A stretch of 64,000 bases of DNA from Candidatus Yanofskybacteria bacterium (GCA_003151795.1 PLYL01000024.1:4953-68952); one strand, 5' to 3'. Positions 10,375 to 22,800 are shown, numbered from the stretch's first letter. A program made the numbers and translations. Notes: a model not told the origin generated them from the sequence alone.

Positions 10375-11361
10375 ATGCAAATCGAAGACGCAATCTTGGC
10401 GACATTGGCCTATTACGATGGCCTCGATTATCCGTTGAGCGCGTTTGAGTTGTATCGGTATATTATAAATCCTAAACGATTGAAGCCACACGTTGAAAGT
10501 CTGGAAGCAATTGCGCTTACTGATATATATGAAGCGGTCGAAGAATTGCTTGGCCGAGGCGCAATAGAAGAAGAGCATGGTTTTTATTTTCTTAAAGGCC
10601 GAATGGGTCTCTCGGGGTTGCGTCTGGAGCGGGAAAAAATATCGGCCCAGAAATGGCGGCGATGTCTGCATAGAGCCTACTGGCTCCAGTTGGCGCCGTG
10701 GATTCGGGGAATGTTTGTGTCAGGCTCGCTCGCGCTGGGGACGGTGAGTACAGAAAGTGATTTCGATATTTTAGTTTTGGTTGAACCGGGCCGGCTTTAT
10801 CTCGCGCGGTTATTGTTGTCTGGTGTAGCATCTTTGATTGCCGCTCGGCGGACGCGTTATGAAACTACTGCGCCGGATAAGTTTTGTTTCAATCATTATT
10901 TGACGACCGATGCTTTAAACATCAAACACGAAAGCCTCTACAATGCTCAAACCTATGCTCATCTGGTACCGCTGGCGGTTAGTCCGGCTCTGGCGGGTAA
11001 ATTCTTTGCCGAAAATTTATGGATTAATAAATATGTGTATAATTTCACGCCTCATCAGCAGACTATTCGCCGAACGGTTCGGCCGAGCGGATTTTTAAAA
11101 GGTATCGCCAAGCTGATTGAATTTGTTGGCCAAGGAAGTATCGGTGATATGTTTGAGAAATTAGCTCGTCAGTATCAGCAGAAACGCATTGGCTCAAATC
11201 CCGCCACCCATGCCACCGGCGGCCGAGTCATATATACCAGCACCGAGCTTGAATTCCATCCGCATTCATTCGAACGAATCATCCTTGACTATTACAATGA
11301 AACCACTCATAGGCTAGGCGTTTCGATGAGCCCCGAACCTGATTCAGGGCTTCGCGAGTAA
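10375..11361 (+). CDS. Nucleotidyltransferase-domain protein
   Basis: VSGSLA.G....SDFD motif; N-terminal ATLAYYD..DYPL. Confidence 0.7.
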   Translation: MQIEDAILATLAYYDGLDYPLSAFELYRYIINPKRLKPHVESLEAIALTDIYEAVEELLGRGAIEEEHGFYFLKGRMGLSGLRLEREKISAQKWRRCLHRAYWLQLAPWIRGMFVSGSLALGTVSTESDFDILVLVEPGRLYLARLLLSGVASLIAARRTRYETTAPDKFCFNHYLTTDALNIKHESLYNAQTYAHLVPLAVSPALAGKFFAENLWINKYVYNFTPHQQTIRRTVRPSGFLKGIAKLIEFVGQGSIGDMFEKLARQYQQKRIGSNPATHATGGRVIYTSTELEFHPHSFERIILDYYNETTHRLGVSMSPEPDSGLRE

Positions 11362-11363
11362 GG

Positions 11364-11392
11364 TTGACTTTTTACTTTTCTTGTACTAAAAT
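11364..11392 (+). promoter_or_regulatory. Sigma70-type promoter of groES-groEL
   Basis: TTGACT-N17-TAAAAT. Confidence 0.7.
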
Positions 11393-11424
11393 TAGCAATC
11401 ATTAAAGTCAACCTCAAAAATCAT

Positions 11425-11730
11425 ATGATTAAACCAACTTCAGACCACGTCGTCATCGAACCTGTCCGAGAAGAAAGGAAAAAAGGCGGGATTCTTTTGC
11501 CGGATACGGTGGAAAAAGAGAAATCCGAAAAAGGGGAAATCGTCGCCGTCGGACCCGGCAAAATGAACGCGGAAGGCCGGCGCGTGCCGATGGAAGTTAA
11601 AAAGGGCGATGTAGTGATTTTCACGAAGTACGGTCCGCGGACAATGAAGATTCCTGCCGGCCGGCCAGGCGGGGACGACCGAGAATACTTAATCGCTCGC
11701 GAAGAAGACATACTGGCAATTATCAAGTAA
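11425..11730 (+). CDS. groES: Co-chaperonin GroES
   Basis: GGILLPDT..KEK, VAVGPG, VKKGDVVIF.KY, EEDILA. Confidence 0.96.
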   Translation: MIKPTSDHVVIEPVREERKKGGILLPDTVEKEKSEKGEIVAVGPGKMNAEGRRVPMEVKKGDVVIFTKYGPRTMKIPAGRPGGDDREYLIAREEDILAIIK

Positions 11731-11766
11731 TCGCGTAATTTCTAAGTACTAATTTCTAATTCCTAA

Positions 11767-13392
<1,626 letters not shown>

Positions 13393-13529
13393 CTACTCTC
13401 GATAATACATTCTCATAGGCAGTGTTTAGGCTGGCTTTCCTTTTTGCGTGCTTAAGGTAATCAGTTTTAGTATTGAAACTCGTACTCTATTGTTGTAGTA
13501 TCTAGATATCTCGTTTAACTTTTAAATAT

Positions 13530-14081
13530 ATGGTTATATATATCATTTGGGCGGTCGTCATCATCTTGGTTCTCTGGTTGGTTGGTGCGTTTAACGGATT
13601 GGTTCGGGCTCGCAATCGGGTCAAAGAAGCTTGGTCGGATATTAATGTCCAGCTTCGCCGCCGGCATGATTTGATTCCGAATCTTGTCGAAACGGTCAAG
13701 GGTTATGTCGCTCACGAAGCCGGCGTGCTGGAAGCCGTTACGAAAGCTCGGACCGAAGCGGTCTCGGCGGGTAGCATGGCCCAGAAAGGCCAAGCCGAAA
13801 ATATGCTCTCGGGCGCGCTGGGTAAGCTTTTCGCTTTAGCCGAAGCCTATCCGACTCTCAAAGCTAACGAAAACTTCGCTAAGCTTCAGGATGAATTGAC
13901 CGACACCGAAGACAAGATTCAGGCGGCCCGCCGGTTCTACAACACCAATGTCATGGACTTCAACACTAAGCTCGAAGTCTTCCCGACCAATATGATCGCC
14001 TCTTCTCTTGGTTTCACCCGCGAAGAATTGTTCCAGCTCGGTTCCGCCGACGAAGCCGTGTTACCGAAGGTTAGCTTCTAG
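13530..14081 (+). CDS. lemA: LemA family protein
   Basis: N-terminal TM, QLRRRHDLIPNLVETVKGY, EAYP.LKANENF, ARRFYN. Confidence 0.95.
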   Translation: MVIYIIWAVVIILVLWLVGAFNGLVRARNRVKEAWSDINVQLRRRHDLIPNLVETVKGYVAHEAGVLEAVTKARTEAVSAGSMAQKGQAENMLSGALGKLFALAEAYPTLKANENFAKLQDELTDTEDKIQAARRFYNTNVMDFNTKLEVFPTNMIASSLGFTREELFQLGSADEAVLPKVSF

Positions 14082-14102
14082 TTAAAATATTGCTAAAAAC
14101 TA

Positions 14103-15080
14103 ATGGCCACGCTGTACACCCAGCACGATGTAAATATTCGGAAGACGTGGTTATTGATGACCGCGTTCTTCGTGCTGATTATCGGACTGGGATTTTTGTT
14201 CAGCTACGCGTACGGCTCGCTGGATATTTTGTATATTGCGGTGGCGTTGTCGGTGGGCATGAATTTTATGGCCTATTGGAAGTCGGATTCGATTGCGCTG
14301 GCGATGGCTCATGCCCAGCCGACCACTCGCGCGGGCCATGAGGAGCTGTATCGCATTATCGAAAATCTCTCCATCACCGCTGGCCTGCCAACGCCGAGAA
14401 TATATATTCTGCCCGACCAGCAAATCAACGCTTTCGCGACGGGACGGAATAAAGACCACGCGGCCATTGCCGTGACCCAAGGCGCGCTGACCCGCTTGAA
14501 TAAAACCGAACTGGAAGGCGTGCTGGCGCACGAGCTGTCCCACGTCGGCAACAATGACATTCTGGTCTCGTCGGTGACGGTTGTCTTGGCGGGATTGATT
14601 TCCATCCTGGCGAATTTCTTTATCCGCATCAGTTTCTTCAGCGGCCGGGGGAACAATCGCGACAGCGAGGGCGGGGCCTTAGTCATGGCCGTGGCTCTGG
14701 TCGCGGCCATCCTGGCGCCCATCGCGGCCACCATGATTCAGCTCGCCGTCTCCCGCAAGCGCGAGTTCCTGGCCGATGCTTCGGGTGCATTGCTCACGCG
14801 TTATCCCGAAGGCTTGGCCAACGCCTTGGAGCGTATCGCCGAAGACCAACAGCCCATGCGCGAAGCTTCCCACGCCACCGCGCATTTGTATATTTCTAAT
14901 CCTTTCAAGGGCAAGCAAAAAGATTCTTGGTTCACAAAACTCTTCATGACCCACCCGCCCCTTGAAGAACGAATCCGGATTCTGCGGGGAATGGACCCCG
15001 TTCGAAGTCTCGCTCGCGCCAAAGGCGCGAGTCCTACGGACCTCGGCGGGGCTACTTCGAACGGGGTGGATATAAAATAG
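14103..15080 (+). CDS. htpX: Zinc metalloprotease HtpX (M48)
   Basis: NAFATGR, AHELSH, SRKREFLAD, THPP; C-terminal tail encoded by a palindrome. Confidence 0.93.
   Translation: MATLYTQHDVNIRKTWLLMTAFFVLIIGLGFLFSYAYGSLDILYIAVALSVGMNFMAYWKSDSIALAMAHAQPTTRAGHEELYRIIENLSITAGLPTPRIYILPDQQINAFATGRNKDHAAIAVTQGALTRLNKTELEGVLAHELSHVGNNDILVSSVTVVLAGLISILANFFIRISFFSGRGNNRDSEGGALVMAVALVAAILAPIAATMIQLAVSRKREFLADASGALLTRYPEGLANALERIAEDQQPMREASHATAHLYISNPFKGKQKDSWFTKLFMTHPPLEERIRILRGMDPVRSLARAKGASPTDLGGATSNGVDIK
14995..15067. repeat. In-frame palindrome at the 3' end of htpX
   Basis: Perfect 14-bp IR accccgttcgaagt / acttcgaacggggt. Confidence 0.8.
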
Positions 15081-16490
15081 ATGGATTTTAAAAACAAAAA
15101 AGTGCTCATCTTCGGTTTTGGCGTTCTCGGCGGCGGTTTAGCGACGACGAATTGGCTTTTGGAGCAAGGGGCCCAGGTAACGGCGACCGATTTAAAAACT
15201 CAAGAACAGCTCGCCGATTCGTTATCAAAAATTGAGGGCCAAGTTGAATTGCGTCTTGGAGGCCATTCTAAAAAAGATATTGAAGGCAATGATATAATCG
15301 TCGTGAATCCCGATGTCTCGATTCGGAATGAATTTATTCAATATGCCCTAGAGCTCGGCAAAGATGTCGTAAACGAAGCGATTATATTTTTTAAAAATTT
15401 TGGAAGACCGATTATTGCAGTGACGGGGACACGAGGCAAGACCACCACCGCGGCGTGGACGGAATATTTTCTTAAATCAAAATTCAAATCATCGATTGCC
15501 GGAAACTCAACGACCCATCCATTTTTAAAAGTCCTCGGACAAGCGGCCGAGTTCGATATGGCCGTGGCCGAAATTTCATCATTTCATTTGGAATTATTTG
15601 ACCAGGCGAAGATAATCGGCCCGTCGATAGCCGTCATTACTAATATTTTCCAAGACCATCTTAATCGCCACCAAACACTAGAGGAATATGTTCGAGTAAA
15701 AGCGAACATTTTTAAATATCAAACGTCGAATGATAATCTCGTCCTGAATTATGATAATAAATGGACTCAATTTTTTCTAACTCAAAAACCGCAGGCCAAG
15801 CTTTGGTATTTCTCCGGCCAAGCTTTACCCGCAGGCCATAATGGAGTTTGGTCAGACGCCGAGGCCATATATTTTCGCACTGCGGACAAAGAAGCAAAAG
15901 TTCTCGCCTTGAGCGATTCAGTCCTGATGCGAGGCGAGCATAATATTTATAATCTTTTAGTATCAGCTCTTTCGGCTCATCTGGCCGGTTGTTCATGGAA
16001 GGATATTCAATCTCGGATTGATAGTCTCCCTGAAATTCCTTTTCGTCAGGAAATGATTATAAAAACCGACATTCTCACGGTCGTGAATGACACAACTGCC
16101 ACGTCGCCGGAGGGTACTATTCAAGCCCTCAAACGATTTGGCAGTCTGGAGACCATTTTGATTATCGGCGGGACGGATAAGGCTTTGGATTTTACAGAAT
16201 TAGGAGAAATAATACCCAAGTTTATTCAGCCTAGCAATATTGTGCTTCTGGCTGGTAGCGCCACCGAAAAAATACGATTGGCTCTGGGCGAGTTTGCCGC
16301 GAATTGTCCCGTCTATGATTCACTTCAAGAATGCGTTGAGATTGCCTTTAAAAAATCTGGCCAATACCCTCAATCCGTAGTACTATTTTCCCCAGCTTCT
16401 AAGAGTTTCGATAAATTCAAAAACGAGTATGACCGTGGCGAACAGTTTAATAAATTAGTTAAGAGATATCATGGACAAAACACTGCTTGA
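15081..16490 (+). CDS. murD: UDP-N-acetylmuramoyl-L-alanine--D-glutamate ligase
   Basis: AVTGTRGKTTT, EISSF.L, DHLNRH, NDT.AT, FSPA..SFD.FKN...RG. Confidence 0.92.
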   Translation: MDFKNKKVLIFGFGVLGGGLATTNWLLEQGAQVTATDLKTQEQLADSLSKIEGQVELRLGGHSKKDIEGNDIIVVNPDVSIRNEFIQYALELGKDVVNEAIIFFKNFGRPIIAVTGTRGKTTTAAWTEYFLKSKFKSSIAGNSTTHPFLKVLGQAAEFDMAVAEISSFHLELFDQAKIIGPSIAVITNIFQDHLNRHQTLEEYVRVKANIFKYQTSNDNLVLNYDNKWTQFFLTQKPQAKLWYFSGQALPAGHNGVWSDAEAIYFRTADKEAKVLALSDSVLMRGEHNIYNLLVSALSAHLAGCSWKDIQSRIDSLPEIPFRQEMIIKTDILTVVNDTTATSPEGTIQALKRFGSLETILIIGGTDKALDFTELGEIIPKFIQPSNIVLLAGSATEKIRLALGEFAANCPVYDSLQECVEIAFKKSGQYPQSVVLFSPASKSFDKFKNEYDRGEQFNKLVKRYHGQNTA

Positions 16491-16824
16491 GGCATATACA
16501 ATAATTCATGGTTCCGAACCCGCTCCGGGGATGGAAGAATGGCAAGCGGCAAAATATGTACTAGAAAACATGGATGTGCCTAAGCTCGGTGAAGATTTAG
16601 CAAAGCGGACGTTATTTAGTTTGATAAATAGGATTCGGTATCCAAATAAAGAGCTGACTACTGAAATTGTTGGTGGTGCCGAAGATGAGCTCACTGAATT
16701 CTATCCCGAGCGGGGAGATAAGGACATGGACATGCATGTGGCTGAATGGCTCGAAGCTGAATATTGGACAGAAAAAGAAAAAGGGCTAAAAGTAGACCGG
16801 TCTAGCGAAGTTAAGATTAAATAA
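16471..16824 (+). CDS. Hypothetical protein
   Basis: 117 aa ORF tightly packed between murD and murA. Confidence 0.6.
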   Translation: MDKTLLEAYTIIHGSEPAPGMEEWQAAKYVLENMDVPKLGEDLAKRTLFSLINRIRYPNKELTTEIVGGAEDELTEFYPERGDKDMDMHVAEWLEAEYWTEKEKGLKVDRSSEVKIK

Positions 16825-16825
16825 T

Positions 16826-18154
16826 ATGCCTAAAAAAATCACAAAATTGGAGTCGATTGATTTTGAGGTTCGAGGCGGGAAGAAACTGTCCGGGAGCATC
16901 GAAACCAAATTTTCCAAGAACGGTTCGGTGGTTCTTTTGTGCGCTTCGCTGTTGAATCGGGGCAAAACCACTCTGCACGGCATCGCTCGGATTGAAGAAG
17001 TTAATCGGTTGATTGAGGTCATGGAAAGTATTGGTGTTTCAATAAAATGGACGGGCCATAACAGCCTCGAAATCCAACCGCCGCCAAAACTGTCCATCGG
17101 CAAGTTGAATCGCGAAACGGCGGCCATAATCCGTTCCAGTCTGATGCTGATTGGCTCGCTTGTTCACCGAGAGAAACATTTTAAACTACCTCACGCCGGC
17201 GGATGCAAGATGGGCGAGCGAACCATCGCGGCTCATCGCTACGGTCTGGAAAAACTAGGCGTCCACATTGAAACCGACCATAAATATTATCAAGTCCGAG
17301 TCGGCCGGCTCCATCCCGCCGAAATTATCATGTACGAAGCGGGCGATACGGCCGCGAATAACATCCTCATGGCGGCGGCGCTGATTCCTGGCACGACGAC
17401 GATTCGCTTCGCCCCGCCGAACTATCAAGTCCAAGAACTCTGTTTCTTTCTGGAAAAAATGGGCGTCAAAATTGAAGGCGTCGGCACGACCAATTTAGTC
17501 GTCCAGGGCATCAAGGGATTTAATGAGCCTTTGGAATATCACAACAGCGAAGATCCGATTGAATCGATGATGTTTATCTCGGCGGCTGTTACGACTAATT
17601 CAAAATTAACTATCACTCGCGCGCCCATTGATTTCTTGCTGGTGGAACTGCTTAAACTCGAAAAGATGGGCTTGAAGTTTTCTCTGTCGGCCAAGTATAA
17701 ATCCGAGAATGGCCGGACCGATTTGGTCGATATCGCCGTCTTGCCTTCTAGGCTCAAGGCATTGACCGATAAAATTCACTCTTTGCCGTATCCGGGCATC
17801 AATTCAGACAATCTGCCCTTTTTTGTGCCCATCGCGACCCAAGCTCAAGGCGTAACGCTTATCCACGATTGGATGTGGGAGAATCGGGCGATTTATTTTA
17901 CCGAGCTTAATCGGCTGGGCGGCCAAGTGGCGCTGGCCGATCCGCACCGAGTCTTTGTCACCGGCAAGACGAAATTAAAAGCGGGCCAAGTGGTCTGTCC
18001 GCCGGCGCTCCGGCCGGCCATGATTGTTCTCATCGCCATGCTCGCCGCCGAAGGCACCTCGATTCTCCGCAATATCTACTCCATCAGCCGAGGCTACGAA
18101 GAAATCGCCCAGCGCCTCAACTCCATCGGCGCCGATATCCGCGTGATAAAGTAG
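16826..18154 (+). CDS. murA: UDP-N-acetylglucosamine 1-carboxyvinyltransferase
   Basis: GG.KL.G.I, SKN, LPHAGGCKMG.R catalytic Cys loop, PYPG...D, RGYE. Confidence 0.92.
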   Translation: MPKKITKLESIDFEVRGGKKLSGSIETKFSKNGSVVLLCASLLNRGKTTLHGIARIEEVNRLIEVMESIGVSIKWTGHNSLEIQPPPKLSIGKLNRETAAIIRSSLMLIGSLVHREKHFKLPHAGGCKMGERTIAAHRYGLEKLGVHIETDHKYYQVRVGRLHPAEIIMYEAGDTAANNILMAAALIPGTTTIRFAPPNYQVQELCFFLEKMGVKIEGVGTTNLVVQGIKGFNEPLEYHNSEDPIESMMFISAAVTTNSKLTITRAPIDFLLVELLKLEKMGLKFSLSAKYKSENGRTDLVDIAVLPSRLKALTDKIHSLPYPGINSDNLPFFVPIATQAQGVTLIHDWMWENRAIYFTELNRLGGQVALADPHRVFVTGKTKLKAGQVVCPPALRPAMIVLIAMLAAEGTSILRNIYSISRGYEEIAQRLNSIGADIRVIK

Positions 18155-18195
18155 ATAGGTTTTCAAAAGGTATAAAGTGTATTAAGATAAGTCCC

Positions 18196-18525
18196 ATGAA
18201 CGACCAATCACGCCCAGAACAGCCAAAAACACCACTCGAACAATTTCGGAGAAAGATGGCGGGCCTAAAAGAGGAAGGAAAAATTCTTGGCAAACAAGCA
18301 CATTTTGAATCTGTTAATCCTGAAAAGTTGGATGAACGAGACATGCAGATTTATGAAACTATTTTAAATTTTGACCTTAAGACTGGTGACGTTGATGAAT
18401 TATTCAAAATAATTCATCAACACAAGGAAGAGTTAGAGGTAACAGGCAATGAGACTCAAAAAGTTTTTTTGGCGTATCTAGCCAATCTTGTTCAAGGAAA
18501 AGTAGAAAAGGATCTTATTCGGTAA
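18196..18525 (+). CDS. Hypothetical protein
   Basis: 109 aa ORF, TAAGAT 7 nt before ATG. Confidence 0.6.
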   Translation: MNDQSRPEQPKTPLEQFRRKMAGLKEEGKILGKQAHFESVNPEKLDERDMQIYETILNFDLKTGDVDELFKIIHQHKEELEVTGNETQKVFLAYLANLVQGKVEKDLIR

Positions 18526-18537
18526 ATTTATAATCAC

Positions 18538-18623
18538 GGAGGAGTCGGATAGTGGTTTATTCCACCGCCTTGGAAAGGCGGCATCCCGCAAGGGATACGT
18601 GAGTTCGAATCTCACCTCCTCCG
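18538..18623 (+). tRNA. tRNA-Ser(GGA); integration target
   Basis: GGAGGAG/CTCCTCC acceptor, CCGCC-TTGGAAA-GGCGG anticodon arm, long variable arm, GTTCGAATC, discriminator G. Confidence 0.95.
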
Positions 18624-18629
18624 CAGTCA

Positions 18630-18709
18630 GTACTTTTTATCGGAAGACCCGAGTGCCTCCGATAAAAAGTACATCAAAAACAGCACTGTATCAGGTGCTG
18701 TTTTTGATG
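18630..18709. repeat. Two abutting 15-bp inverted repeats at the island 1 left end
   Basis: gtactttttatcgga/tccgataaaaagtac (18630-18672) and catcaaaaacagcac/gtgctgtttttgatg (18672-18709). Confidence 0.8.
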
Positions 18710-18725
18710 CTCAACAAGTATTTAA

Positions 18726-20051
18726 TTACTGCTCAATGGTGACGATGCCTTTGGTAATCTTGATCTTTGATTTGAGGAATCCCATCAGTTCACGCCTCTC
18801 TTGGTTCGTACCCTCTTTGAGAACGTATCTAGCGTAGGTCTTTGAATCAATATTGTCATGCTTGGCTTTTGGATCAGAGAATCCGAGAACGCCCCGCTGG
18901 AATTTATTGAACCGTTTTAATTCCTCTTCAAATTTATGTTGTACACCCAACATATTGAAATCAATCTGATCAAGAACTTTTATTAATTGATCAATGAGTG
19001 CCTCCTCGCGGATGTATCCGCCTTTGCAATGCCGGTCTTTTGCCCGGCCACAACCGTAGTAGATGTACTTGGCGGTGGTGCCGTCTTTCAGTTGCTTATA
19101 TTTCTCCTCGGCGCTAACCATTGATTCACATAATCCGCAAACCATTAACTTGGTAAAGGCGAACTCATGACTCGTCCGGACAATGTTGTCACGTTTGAGT
19201 TGTTGCTGAACGAGATCGAACAGTTCTTTGGTCACAATCGGCTCGTGCTTACCCTGATACCAATTACCGCTCTTTTTGGGATACTCAAAGATACCATAGT
19301 AGAACGGGCTTTGGAGAAGCCGGAATATATTTCCTAGTGCCAAATTATGATTGCCGACCGTCTTGAAGTTCAGTTCAAATCTTAACCAGTGATATATCTT
19401 CCGGCCCGACCATTTCTCATGGGCCATTTTCTCGTATATCTTTTTAATAATGGGCGCTCTATCAGGATCAAGGATGACTTGGCACTTCTTATCCATCAAT
19501 CCTTGATTAAGATAGCCACATGGGGCCATGCCCGGCCAAAGGCCCATCTCTACTCTAGTGCGTAGCCCTCGCTTTACATTGATGCCCCTATTGTCATTCT
19601 CTAACTTTGCTTGGCTACCCAATATCATGAGCAGGAATTTTTCATTTGGGTTATTTGAAAATCGTTGGCCGTAGGTTCTGATTTCTTTGAGGATACCGGC
19701 ATCCATTAAATCCACGACTCGGCCGAGGTCACCGGCATTTCTACTGATACGATCCGGTGCCCAGGTCAAAATGCCATTATATTTGCCTTGGCGTATCTCT
19801 TCTATGATTTCATTGAAGACCGGTCGTTGGCCGGTTTCTTTGGCAGAGTGGCTTTCTCGTTTCATGGTCACGATTTCTAGCCCCTCCTTATCTGCTAAAA
19901 GGAGCATCTCTTTGATTTGGCTATCAATAGAGAGGACCTGACGTTCCTCTGATTCGCTCGATTTCCTTGCATACAGGCAATACTTCACTCCAATAGGGAT
20001 CACGGCCGGCTTGGGGATCCCTGGAACCCCTTGAATTGGTATGTTGTTCAT
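18726..20051 (-). CDS. Large serine recombinase (integrase)
   Basis: YARKSSE catalytic Ser, DRISRN, recombinase domain, CGLC...YYGC...C zinc ribbon. Confidence 0.93.
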   Translation of the reverse strand: MNNIPIQGVPGIPKPAVIPIGVKYCLYARKSSESEERQVLSIDSQIKEMLLLADKEGLEIVTMKRESHSAKETGQRPVFNEIIEEIRQGKYNGILTWAPDRISRNAGDLGRVVDLMDAGILKEIRTYGQRFSNNPNEKFLLMILGSQAKLENDNRGINVKRGLRTRVEMGLWPGMAPCGYLNQGLMDKKCQVILDPDRAPIIKKIYEKMAHEKWSGRKIYHWLRFELNFKTVGNHNLALGNIFRLLQSPFYYGIFEYPKKSGNWYQGKHEPIVTKELFDLVQQQLKRDNIVRTSHEFAFTKLMVCGLCESMVSAEEKYKQLKDGTTAKYIYYGCGRAKDRHCKGGYIREEALIDQLIKVLDQIDFNMLGVQHKFEEELKRFNKFQRGVLGFSDPKAKHDNIDSKTYARYVLKEGTNQERRELMGFLKSKIKITKGIVTIEQ

Positions 20052-20167
20052 ACACCAATGAATGACGCGTACCCCCGAAGGAGTCCAGAGCGTCCCAAGA
20101 GCCTAGAGTTGGTAAGTTGACATATGTATACTTGCTTTATTTCCTTATTCGTGTATAATGGCTATAT

Positions 20168-21949
20168 ATGTCAATTAATAAGTCTCAATTCATTACAGTA
20201 GCGGAGATGGCCAAAATGCTTGGTCTCACTCGGGCGGCTATAAATAAGCAAATTTCAGAGGGTAAAATACCTGCAGAGAAGGTTGGGCGTAACTACCTTA
20301 TTCCCAAATCAGCCCTTCCGGCTAATCTCCAAGAGCGTATCCGAAAGGGTCAGAAGGAAGCCACAAAAAACGTGATAGAAAAAAGCCACCACCATGATCT
20401 TGATTTTGAGAAAGAGCTTTGGGCGGCGGCTGATAAACTCCGAGGCAACATCGATGTTTCCGAATACAAGAACATCGTTCTTGGTCTTCTATTTTTAAAA
20501 TACATTTCAGACTCTTTCTATAAACGCCGCGAGGAACTCAAAACCCTCACGCTTGATCCAAAGAACGAAGATTTTTATGTAAAAGACGATAAAGCTAGGG
20601 CACACATCCTTGAAACCAAAGATTTTTACAAGAGTGCCGGCGTGTTCTACGTGCCTGAAAAGTCGCGCTGGGAGTATCTACAGACCAAAACGATGCATCC
20701 AGATATTGGACAGGTACTCGACAAAGCCATGGATCTCATTGAAGAAGATAATCGAGCTGAGCTTGAAGGTGTTCTTCCTAAAATTTATACCCGTACAACT
20801 CTCGACCATGCCGTCATTGGTGAACTCGTAAATATATTCTCGCGGATTTCGTTTGACCACGATTTTGATCGAGAGAAAGATATCCTTGGTCGTATTTATG
20901 AATACTTCCTTGGTCAATTTGCATCTTCCGAAGGTAAACGTGGTGGAGAATTTTTTACACCAAGATCAATTGTTAAACTTCTTGTCGAGATACTCGAGCC
21001 ATATGAAAACGCACGAGTGTTAGATCCTGCGTGTGGTAGCGGTGGAATGTTTGTATCTATAGGTGAATATCTTTTAAATCATGGACAAGACCCATCGAAA
21101 CTTGCCATCAATGGTCAGGAAAGTAATCAGACCACACTTCGTCTTGCGAAGATGAATCTTGCTATCCGTGGTCTCTCTGGAAAAATTGAGTTGGGTAATA
21201 CCTATTATCAAGATAAGTTTCCTAATCTTCAGGCAGATTTTGTAATCGCCAACCCTCCTTTCAACGCTGAGTGGGAACCATCAAAACTTGCTGATAATGA
21301 TCCCCGCATAACTCTCGGTACACCGCCAAGCGGTAGCGCGAATTTTATGTGGGTACAACACTTCGCCCACCACCTCGCCCCCACTGGCTATGCGGGATTT
21401 GTGATGCCAAATGGGGCCCTGGCCGTATCAGGGAAAGAAGGAGATATGCGCCAAAAGTTGATTGAGCAAGATCTGGTCGAGGTAATTATTTCCTGCCCCG
21501 GAAAGCTTTTCTATAACGTCTCACTCCCAGTATCTCTGTGGTTCTTAGCCAAAAATAAATCCGGCGACCGCTTCCGCAAACGCTCTGGCGAAACTCTTTT
21601 TATTGATGCTCGTGAAACGTTTGAACAGATTTCTCGTAAACAAGTTGTTTTTAACCCAAAACATATTGAAAAGATTGCGGGTACTGTTCGCGCATGGCGA
21701 GGAGAGTTAGGGGCTGATAAATACAAAGACATCTCCGGCTTCTGCAAATCAGCAACGTTGAAAGAAATACAGAAAAACAGTTACGTGCTTACGCCTGGTC
21801 GCTATGTTGGTTTGGCCGACATCGAGTACGATGGAATTTCATTTGAAGATAAGATGAAGAAACTATCTGGTGAACTTCGGGCTACATTTGTTAAGGGTCG
21901 GGAGTTGGAGAAAGAAATCGAGAAAAATCTTAAAGAATTAGGGTTCTAA
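20168..21949 (+). CDS. hsdM: Type I R-M methyltransferase with N-terminal excisionase-like HTH
   Basis: LW.AAD.LRG, GEFFTP, DPACGSGG, NPPFN; first ~50 aa resemble HTH_17 (TVAEMAKMLG...GKIPAEKVGRNYLI). Confidence 0.93.
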   Translation: MSINKSQFITVAEMAKMLGLTRAAINKQISEGKIPAEKVGRNYLIPKSALPANLQERIRKGQKEATKNVIEKSHHHDLDFEKELWAAADKLRGNIDVSEYKNIVLGLLFLKYISDSFYKRREELKTLTLDPKNEDFYVKDDKARAHILETKDFYKSAGVFYVPEKSRWEYLQTKTMHPDIGQVLDKAMDLIEEDNRAELEGVLPKIYTRTTLDHAVIGELVNIFSRISFDHDFDREKDILGRIYEYFLGQFASSEGKRGGEFFTPRSIVKLLVEILEPYENARVLDPACGSGGMFVSIGEYLLNHGQDPSKLAINGQESNQTTLRLAKMNLAIRGLSGKIELGNTYYQDKFPNLQADFVIANPPFNAEWEPSKLADNDPRITLGTPPSGSANFMWVQHFAHHLAPTGYAGFVMPNGALAVSGKEGDMRQKLIEQDLVEVIISCPGKLFYNVSLPVSLWFLAKNKSGDRFRKRSGETLFIDARETFEQISRKQVVFNPKHIEKIAGTVRAWRGELGADKYKDISGFCKSATLKEIQKNSYVLTPGRYVGLADIEYDGISFEDKMKKLSGELRATFVKGRELEKEIEKNLKELGF

Positions 21950-21951
21950 AT

Positions 21952-22800
21952 ATGAAAAAGAAGATAATAAAAAAACCTGTAGCTAAAAAAGTGGTATCCG
22001 CATCATCTTTGCAGAGCATACGTTTTTTGGCAGAGCAACTGGGTGAAATTATTCCGGCTACTTCAATGAATAAAACCGGTTTTTGTTTCACCACTCTCGC
22101 GAAAGAATACAAACTTAAAAAATACTGGGAGAATAAAGGTCAAAAGAAAGAATCAATTGCCAGTTTTCTTAAGCTGGTCTACAAAAAACATCCGAGGGTA
22201 TTAAAGAAACTCATCAGGGAAAACCTGTCACGAGCTATTGAGCGAAGACATAAAAACGGAAACCCGATTTTAAGACAAGAGGCGGATAATCTAAGCACAA
22301 CCTTATTTAAACTAAATATTGATTTAAAAAAGGAAATTGGAGAATTGGATTTACCGACTACCAGACCGAGCATAGTCCCTCCTAGAATCGAGATGCAAAA
22401 AGCACTTGGCGTGCTAAGTCTTCATCCTATGTTATTGCCAGACTGTAAGAAACTTTTTGACGACGGACACCTTAATGAATCGGTGAGAAAAGCTCTAGAA
22501 AAATATGAGGTCTATGTCAGAGATAGCTCGGGTTTAAGTCTTATGGGAACCAACCTTATGGAACAAGCTTTTAGTGAAAAGGGTTCTAAGATTTCAATAA
22601 GCAACGATCCTGATGTTAGGAGGAAGGAAGGTCTACAAACAGGATTCAAAGATATATCCCGCGGTGCAATGGAATATTGGAAGAACTATGCTTCTCATGG
22701 CGATGAAGAGCAAATGCCGGCACAGGATGCTATCGCGATACTCGGTGTCGTCAGTCATCTTTTGTATGTAGTGCAAAAAAGTAAAGAAACAACTATATGA
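21952..22800 (+). CDS. TIGR02391-like (HEPN-like) domain protein inside the hsd operon
   Basis: LHP......LF.DGH..E.V..A, G..LM..AFS, GA....KNYASH. Confidence 0.7.
   Translation: MKKKIIKKPVAKKVVSASSLQSIRFLAEQLGEIIPATSMNKTGFCFTTLAKEYKLKKYWENKGQKKESIASFLKLVYKKHPRVLKKLIRENLSRAIERRHKNGNPILRQEADNLSTTLFKLNIDLKKEIGELDLPTTRPSIVPPRIEMQKALGVLSLHPMLLPDCKKLFDDGHLNESVRKALEKYEVYVRDSSGLSLMGTNLMEQAFSEKGSKISISNDPDVRRKEGLQTGFKDISRGAMEYWKNYASHGDEEQMPAQDAIAILGVVSHLLYVVQKSKETTI

Noticed and set aside
11392-11418. CIRCE operator before groES
   Set aside because: Only a left half-site (TTAGCAATC); no matching right arm.
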